A DNA stretch of 31,621 bases from Octopus sinensis. Taxonomy: Eukaryota. The first letter of the stretch is position 1, and every line of letters starts with the position of its first letter. A program made the translations under genes and the position numbers. Location of the stretch: positions 1-31,621 of the forward strand of contig NW_021832297.1 of the NCBI RefSeq assembly GCF_006345805.1, written 5' to 3'. Positions 1-9,200 of this stretch are shown here, piece after piece. The notes below the pieces were generated by a model that made no database searches, was not told the origin of the DNA, and saw only the letters and a list, made by a program, of their open reading frames with translations.

Positions 1-97
1 TAGTAGAAGACACTTGCCCAAGGTGCCACGCAGTGGGATTGAACCCAGAACCATGTGGTTGGTAAGCAAGCTACTTACCACACAGCCACTCCTGCAT
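1..97 (-). mobile_element. SINE family A (tRNA-derived), 5' part, cut by the window edge
   Basis: Reverse complement matches the head of the full copy at 6893 (gtggctgtgtggtaag...gggttcaatccc...ccttgggcaagtgtcttc). Confidence 0.85.
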
Positions 98-203
98 CTA
101 TATGATATTTTATTGATATTTTATTGATATTTTTTTATATGTTATTTTATTTACGCCATTTCAGATCCAGAACATATTTAGTCCTCCTTCGCAACCGTCC
201 ACC

Positions 204-225
204 ATGGGGTTTAAAAGTTTCAGAG
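204..225 (+). CDS. SLC17A5-like: SLC17 coding exon 1 (MGFKSFR + G); the exon probably starts at 165
   Basis: Strong Kozak context tccaccATGG; donor AG|gtaaag at 226; the phase-1 end matches the 2-nt start (AC) of exon 2, giving GAC=Asp; acceptor-like tttcag at 159-164. Confidence 0.75.
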
Positions 226-3200
226 GTAAAGTTTTTATTCTTCTATTCTTTTATTCTTTCGCTTGTTTCAGTTATTTGATTGTGGCCTTGCTGGAGCACC
301 ACCTTAAAGGGTGTTAGTCGAGCAAATCCCCACCCCCAGGACTTATTCGTTGTAAGCCTAGTACTTATTGTATCGGACTCTTTTGCCGAACTGCTAAGTT
401 ATGGGGACGTCGTAAACACCAGCATCAGTTATTTGATTGCGGCCATGCTGGAGCACCACCTTAAAGGGTGTTAGTCGAGCAAATCCCACCCCCAGGACTT
501 ATTCGTTGTGAGCCTAGTACTTATTGTATCGGACTCTTTTTGCCGAACTGCTAAGTTATGGGGACGTAAACACACCAGCATCAGTTATTTGATTGTGGCC
601 ATGCTGGAGCACCACCTTAAAGGGTGTTGGTCAAAGAAATCAACCCCCAGGACTTATTTGTTGTAAGCCTAGTACTTATTGTATCGGACTCTTTTTGCCG
701 AAGTGCTAAGTTATGGGGACGTAAACACACCAGCATCAGTTATTTGATTGTGGCCATGCTGGAGCACCACCTTAAAGGGTGTTGGTCAAAGAAATCAACC
801 CCCAGGACTTATTTGTTGTAAGCCTAGTATATCTTGTATCGGGCCTTTTTGCTGAACTGCTAAGTCATGGGGACGTAAACACACCAGCATCAGTTATTGA
901 TTGTGTGCCATGCTGGAGCACCACCTTAAAGGGTGTTGGTCAAAGAAATCAACCCCCAGGACTTATTTGTTGTAAGCCTAGTACTTATTGTATCGGACTC
1001 TTTTTGCCGAACCGCTAAGTTATGGGGACGTAAACACACCAGCATCAGTTGTCAAGCGATGGTGGGGGGACAAATACAGACACACAACCACTGAACCATG
1101 CGCCTTCACAATACTATAAGTATTAGCCATGGTTGTGGTGATGGTGCTGTTAATGATGGTATTGTTGTTTAATGATGATAACAGTGGTTCTTGGCTGTGG
1201 TGGTGGTGATGATGATGCCGACAGTAGTAGTATTGATGATGATGTTGAGGAGGAGGAAGAGGATGAGGACGAGGAGGATGGCGAAAATGAGGATGATGAT
1301 GAGGAGGAGGAGGAGGAGTTGGAAGAGGAGAATGGAGATGAGGAGGGGGAGGAGAATGGTGATGAAGGGGAGGATGAAGATGATGTTGACAGTAGTAGTA
1401 TTGAGGATGATGTTAATAATGATGTGTGTGAGGAGGAGGAGGATGAGGATGGCGAAAATGATGATGAGGAGGAGGAGGAGGAGGAGTTGGAAGAGGAGAA
1501 TGGAGATGAGGAGGGGGAGGAGAATGTGATGAAGGGGAGGATGAAGATGATGATGATGCCGACAGTAGTAGTATTGAGGATGATGTTGATAATGATGATG
1601 ATGTTGAGGAGGAGGAGGATGAGGATGGCGAAAATGATGATGATGATGAGGAGGAGGAGGAGCAGTTGGAAGAGGAGAATGGAGATGAGGAGGGGGAGGA
1701 GAATGGTGATGAAGGGGAGGAGAAGATGATGTTGACAGTAGTAGTATGAGGCTGATGTTGAATAATAATGATGATGTTGAGGAGGAGGAGGATGAGGATG
1801 GCGAAAATGATGATGAGGAGGAGGAGGAGGAGGAGTTGGAAGAGGAGAATGGAGATGAGGAGGGGGAGGGAGTGATGAAGGGGAGGATGAAGATGATGAT
1901 GATGCCGACAGTAGTAGTATTGAGGATGATGTTGATAATGATGATGATGTTGAGGAGGAGGAGGATGAGGATGGCGAAAATGATGATGATGATGAGAGAG
2001 GAGGAGTTGGAAGAGGAGAATGGAGATGAGGAGGAGGAGGAGAATGGTGATGAAGGGGAGGATGAAGATGATGATGATGCCGACAGTAGTAGTATTGAGG
2101 ATGATGTTGATAATGATGATGATGTTGAGGAGGAGGAGGATGAGGATGGCGAAAATGATGATGATGAGGAGGAGGAGGAGGAGTTGGAAGAGGAGAATGG
2201 AAATGAGGAGGAGGAGGAGAATGGGATGAAGGGGAGGATGAAGATGATGATGATGCCGACAGTAGTGTATTGAGGATGATTTGATAATGATGATGATGTT
2301 GAGGAGGAGGAGGATGAGGATGGCGAAAATTATGAGATGAGGAGGAGGAGGAGGAGTTGGAGAGGAGAATGGAAATGAGGAGGAGGAGGAGAATGGGATG
2401 AGGATGGAGGAGGGGAGGATGAAGATGATGATGATGCCGACAGTAGTAGTATTGAGGATGATGTTGATAATGATGATGATGTTGAGGAGGAGGAGGAGAA
2501 TCGTGATGAGGATGAGGATGGTGATGTGGATGATGAAATTGATGATGAGGAGGAGGAAGGGGAAGTGGATGAGAATGGAGATGAAGAGGAGGAAGAGGAA
2601 GAAAAGGAGGAGAATGGAGATGAAGAGGAGGTGGAGGAGGAGGAGGAGAAAGAAGAAGAAGAAGAGAAGAGGAGAATGGAGGTGACAGAGGAAGAAGAAG
2701 CAGAAGCAGAAGAAGAAGAGGAGAATGGAGATGAAGAGGAGGTGAAGGAGGAGCAGGAAGAAGAGGCAGATGAAGAAAAAGAAGAGGAGAATGGAGATGA
2801 AGAGGGGGTGAAGGAGGAGGAGGAAGAAGAAGAGGAGAATGGAGATGAAGAGGAGGTGAAGGAGGAGGAGGGAGAAGAAGAGGAGAATGGAGATGAAGAG
2901 GGGGTGAAGGAGGAGGAGAATGGTAATGAAGATGATGATGATGATGTTGATACTAAAACCAGTGTGCATTTTATTCTTCCTTTTTTTTATATTTTTATTT
3001 TGCAGACAAAATCCAAGTCCGTTTCATCTTGGTCGGAATGGCATTCCTTGGCTTTATGGTGGTCTATGCCCTCCGTGTCAACCTCAGCGTGGCCATTATA
3101 GCCATGACGAACACTCTACAGTCTGAAGACAAAAACCTCACGATGCATTGTCCCGTTCTTAACGACACCAAAGCAGATAATCACGTGAGACATTTATTAA

Positions 3201-6200
3201 TTCAGCTGCATAATTAGTTGGTTTTTTTTAATCTTTTACTTGTCTCAGTCATTTGACTGCAGCCATGCTGGAGCACCGCCTTTAGTCGAGCAAATCGACC
3301 CCGGGACTTATTCTTTGTAAGCCAGTACTTATTCTATCGGTCTCTTTTGCCGAACCGCTAAGTGACGGGGACTTATTCTTTGTAAGCCCAGTACTATTCT
3401 ATCGGTCTCTTTTGCCGAACCGCTAGTGACAGGGACGTAAACAACCAGCATCGGTTGTCAAGCAATGCTAGGGGGACAAACACAGACACACAAACATACA
3501 CACAAATATATATATACATATATGCGACAGGCTTCTTTTCAGTTTCCGTCTACCAAATCCACTCACAAGGCATTGGTCGGCCCGGGGCTATAGCAGAAGG
3601 ACACTTGCCCAAGATGCCACACAGTGGGACTGAACCCGGAACATGTGGTTGGTAAGCAAGCTACTTACCACACAGCCACTCCTGCGGCCTATAGTTATTG
3701 TCCTTTGTTCCGTCAGATTCCGTCAGTTGTTTTTTTTTAATCGTAAAATTTTTTTGGTTTCCACCAGTTTACATTTTGCATGTTCACACTTTATACATAC
3801 ATACATACAAACAGACAAACTTACAAACATGTGTGTATATTTTGTGTGAATATGCACTTGCATTCATATGTGTGTGTGTAGCGCGTTCGCGTCAGGGTCG
3901 ATTTGCTTCGTCGTTTCGTCCCACTTCCCTCCTCCCAGTTTTGTTATATATATATATATATATAACGGGAAGCTTTATGAAAAATAGACAAAAGACGAAG
4001 GCAGTGGGAAACAAACAAACAATTGTATTAGTATGGGCTCAGGAAATATAAATAAAAAACAGTTTAACGTTTCGAGCCTACGCTCTTCAACAGAAAGATA
4101 CACAGAGAGAGAAAAACACAGAAAGAAGGAGAGAAAAAAAATGCGTGCAGTAGCTAACGAATCAACATGGCGATCTGATTTCGGCCGGAGGTCAAAGATC
4201 AAACATGAGACGCGAAAGCGAAATAAGGGGAGATAATAGGGTTGATAAAAGGGTTGAGGGACCAGCTATTAGTGCGTATGAGAGGTCTGGACGTGTGTAT
4301 GTTAGGGTTGTTATGTATTAGTATGTATTAGTATGTATAAGGGTGTGTGTGTGTGTGTGTGTGTGTGTATGAGAGAGTATTAGTGCGTATGAGAGGTCTG
4401 GACGTGCGTATGTATAGGGTTGGTGTATGTATAGTATGTATTAGTATGTATTAGTACGTATTAGTATGTATAAGGTGTGTGGTGTGTGGATGAGAGAGTA
4501 TAAGTGCGTATGAGAGGTCTGGACGTGTGTATGTATAGGTTGGTGTATGTATTAGTATGTATTAGTACGTTTAGTATGTATTAGTTGGTGTATGTATTAG
4601 TATGGCACATCATATATGATGTGATGTGTAAAGTTGTGTGGTGTAGTGTGGAGAGAGGAGAAGAGGGGAGGGGGAGAAGACGAGGGGGGAGGGGGAGAGA
4701 GAGGGGGGGAGAAGGAAGGGAGGATGAAAGAGGGAGAGGGGGAGAGAGAAGGGGAGTGAGTGAGCAGAGGGAAGGGAAGAGGGAAGGAGGGAGGGAGAAA
4801 GAGGGAAGAAGGGAAGGGGAGTAGGGGTGAAAGGATGAAGGACTGAAGAGGTAGGGGTCGGGGGGGAAGGATAGGTGAGGAGGGGGGAGAGGGGGGTTAG
4901 ATGAGGAGGGGGGGAGAGTTGAGACCAAATGGCGTATAAGAGCGAAGAGAGAAGATTAATTCCTGTTCACGGCGCAAACGGGAACACATATATGTATATA
5001 TATATATATATACACATACATGCATGCATATTTATATGTATATATAAAGTTAATCCAAACAAGAAAACAGAAAAAAAGAGAAAAAAAAACACAGCAACGC
5101 AGGACGTGGAACAATTAAAGTATTATTAGACGCTCAGGAAAAGAAGGGAAGGAGGGTTTAATGTTTCGAGCGGAGCTCTTCGTCGGAAAAAAGGAGAAGA
5201 AAGATCCCAAGGAGGGAAGACAGAGGAGACAATATTGAGCTGGTGGTGGCTAAGAGATCACATGTTGAAAAGAACAGAATTTGGAGGTAGTTGAAAAATG
5301 GTTTTATAATGCAAGAGAGTTCCAAAAAAAGGAATGCCTGTGTGTGTGTGTGTGGTGTGTGTGTGTGTGTGTGTGCAAGATGACAAGTGTGTTTGTGCAT
5401 GCGTGTGTGTGTGTATTTTTTGATGAATAAAGGTAATGACAAAGCCAGCTGTGGTGATGACTGCTAGCTGTTTGTGTCAAGCTAGGTCAAAGCCAGGTCA
5501 TGTGTGTGTATGTGTGTGTGTATATGCGTGTTTATGTATTTTTGTATGCATGTATGTGCATATTGTGTGTGTGTGTGTGTATTTGTTTTATATATATATA
5601 TATATATATTGATAGATGAATGAATTATCCTATGTTTACCGTCAACATGGAAAATTCGATGAACCGATACCAGGGTAGCAAATTCACATCAGAACACGGT
5701 TTGAAGCGACCCTGTTCTAGGTAGAAACTCCGGGGTCATGTGCAGAAATTTATTTTATTTATTCATATTATATATATTATTGTTCTTTCTTATGAAATAT
5801 ATAGAACTGTTTAAGAAGTGCTCAGGTTGTACCTGAGACAAAAGATGATTAAAATATAAACACAAATTAGGCAAACAACTTTTTATACATACTCATACAG
5901 TTATAAATTCGACTTAAAGTGCGTATATATATATATATATATATTAATACATATCAACATATCTTTATATATAAAATTGAAGTTGTGTGAGAGTCTGTCT
6001 ACTCAGATTTAGATTCCTAACTACTCCCACATTTTGCGGTGCAGCTTAACCAAAAGCGGGTATCTTATAGTTGTGAATCATATAGAGCCCTTCTGGGTAT
6101 TAGTGCGCGTCTACGATGAGTCTACGATTTAAAAAAAAATTGACCATAATTTTTCCGCATTTTTAATGCATTTTTCGCTCGGTTTATATAAGGGAAGTAA

Positions 6201-9200
6201 CTCTCTAAAAAATGCTTATATAGTTATTTCCCTTACAAACCCGAGCAACACCGAGCGATACTGCTAGTATATGAATATTTTTTTTAATAATTTTAAAAAT
6301 ATAAATATATATATAAATATACATAAAAATACATGTAAATAAAACCATGTGTGATATATAAATGGGAAGGAGTTTGAGAAAAAGAGAACTGATAAAATTT
6401 TCTTTTTTTCATACTAAAATTAAGAGCAGTTAAGAGTTTCAGGTAAAAGATCCATAGAATTCAATGTGTTTTTTTAGAAATATATAAATGACTAGCAGTA
6501 TCAACCGGTGTTGCTCGGGTTTGTAAGGGAAATAACTATATAAACATTTTTAGAGAGTTATAGCCAAAAAACAGCAAAAAATGCATTAAAAATGGAAAAA
6601 AAAATGATGGTAAATTTTTTTTAAATCGACTCATTGTAGACATTTTAGAGAGTTACTTCCCTTATTAATAGCGAAAAAATGCATTAAAATGGAAAAAAAT
6701 TATGGTAAATTTTTTTTAATGGTAGACTCATCGTAGACGCGCGCTAATACACAGAAGGGCTCGATATGAATCACGACTATAAGATACCCGGTTAAACTGC
6801 ATCGCAAAATGTGGGAGTAGTTAGGAATCTAAATCGTAGGAGACAGACACACAACTTCACTTTTATATATAAAGAAGATATATATATATTATAGGCGCAG
6901 GAGTGGCTGTGTGGTAAGTAGCTTGTTTACCAACCACATGGTTCCGGGTTCAGTCCCACTGCGTGGCATCTTGGGCAAGTGTCTTCTGCTATAGCCCCAG
7001 CCCCACCAATGCCTTGTGAGTGGATTTGGTAGACAGAAACTGAAAGAAGCCTGTCGTATATATGTATATATATATATATATGTATGTGTTTGTGTGTCCG
7101 TGTTTGTCCCCCTAGCATTGCTTGACAACCGATGCTGGTTGTTTATGTCCCCGTTACTTAGCGGTTCGGCAAAAGAGACCGATAGAATAAGTACTGGGCT
7201 TACAAAAGAACAAGTCCTGGGGTCGAGTTGCTCGATTAAAGGCGGTGCTCCAGCATGGCCGCAGTCAAATGACTAAAACAAGTAAAAGAGTAAAAGAGTA
7301 AAGAGTATATATATATATATATATATATACAAAATAAGAAAATGGAGGAATAGATTCTTTTCAATCATCAACTTCCAGATAATACCAATTCATATAATTT
7401 ATTAACTAATTATTTATATTAAATAGGAACATCCAAATCCAACAGAATAATACAGAATAAAACAATATACATCAATAAGTAAGATAATACCATAAGGATC
7501 GTATTATCCTTATAGTTAATTATTATATGTATATTATATTTATACTCTTTTACATGTTTCAGTCATTTGACTGCGGCCATGATGGAGCACCGCCTTTAGT
7601 CGAGCAAATCGACCCGGACTTATTCTGTTGTAAGCCAGTACTTATTCTATTGGTCTTTTGCCGAACCGCTAAGTGACGGGGACGTAAACACACCAGCATC
7701 GGTTGTCAAGCAATGCTAGGGGTACAAACACAGACACACAAAACAAACACATACATACATATACATATATATATACATATATACGACAGGCTTCTTTCAG
7801 TTTCCGTCTACCAAATCCACTCACAAGGCATTGGTCGGCCTGGGCTATAGAAGAAGACACTTGCCCAAGATGCCACGCAGTGGGACTGAACCCGGAACCA
7901 TGTGGTTGGTAAGCAAGCTACTTACCACACAGCCACTCCTGCGCCTATAGTTAATAAATTATATGTATTGGTATTATCTGGAAGTTGATTGATAGAAACC
8001 TATTCCTCCATTTTCTTATTTTGTATTATGAATTTGAGGTAAAACATTTTACCTTCGCACATATAATACAATAAATGAAATAATTGCATTGCAATTCTTA
8101 GCATTTATGTATTAGCCTTCTGGGTACCTAACTGGCAGTATATTGGATAAATGTTATCCCATAGTGGGTTACACTCATAACCCCTGTCTCACTTTGTGTA
8201 TATATATATATATATATGATTATCAATAATAAAGGGTGAAATTAATTAATTTAGAAATAATCATTAATTTCACCAAGTAGAGTTCGGCATGTAAAAGCCC
8301 CATTCAAGGAAGGTTTAAATAATACTAAGTAATTAAGGGTTTAGCAACGATTTGCCTCACCACACACCAAATTTAGAAATAGCAGTCAAAAAGTTTTGGC
8401 TATTCTTTCTACTTAAAAGGGAGATCCCAGTAAAACCACAGCACTTAAAAAGCAAGTGCTGTGGTTTTACTGGGATCTCCCTTTTAAGTAGAAAGAATAG
8501 CCAAACTTTTTGACTGCTATTTCTAAATTCGGTGTGTGGTGAGGCAAATCGTTGCTAAACCCTTAATTACTTAGTATATATATATATATATATATATACA
8601 CGTGTGTGTGTATTAGTACACTTGTACATACACATACTTTTACATATATACACATCTATACTTAATACCTAATATATACATTTTTACTGCAGAATTTTTG
8701 CTCTATTTTTCTACATTTCTTTTATAATTGTTTCTTTCTTGAGATATTTCATTCCTTTTCATCCCCAGACTGGAGAGTTCGACTGGGACTCCAACCAGCA
8801 AGGACTGCTTCTTGGATCCTTCTTCTACGGATACATTTGTACACAGTTCATCGGTGCTGTTCTTGCCAAGTGGAAGGGTGCCAAGTACTTGCTGGGTGGA
8901 GGTATTGCTTTAACAGCTGTACTCTCCTTGGTCATACCAGCGGCGGCTCAGTGGGGTTTCACTGCCTTGGTGGTGATCAGGGTTGCACAAGGTTTCTTTG
9001 AGGTAAGTATCAAACAACAAACAAGCTGTGTTGCACAATAAATTATGCATCGTTCAATATTCCTGACTGATGTATGTATGTATGTATGTATGTATGTATG
9101 GTAACATATAACCTAGTACTACCTGTTGCATGGTCGGGTCGTCGGCGACTAAACCGGCAACCCCACCAAGCTCGCTTGGTGAGGAGGGTGTTTATTGGTC

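Noticed and set aside
1413-2969. 518-aa minus-strand ORF and the Met/Arg-rich plus-strand ORFs
   Set aside because: Alternative frames of the GAN minisatellite; low-complexity I/L/F/H/S or M/R runs with no domain or splice support
6893-6970. tRNA-like A/B boxes (also at 12306, 19559, 29195, 30615 and in SINE-B heads)
   Set aside because: No complete cloverleaf with an acceptor stem and no oligo-T terminator; each continues into a SINE body, so these are SINE heads rather than tRNA genes
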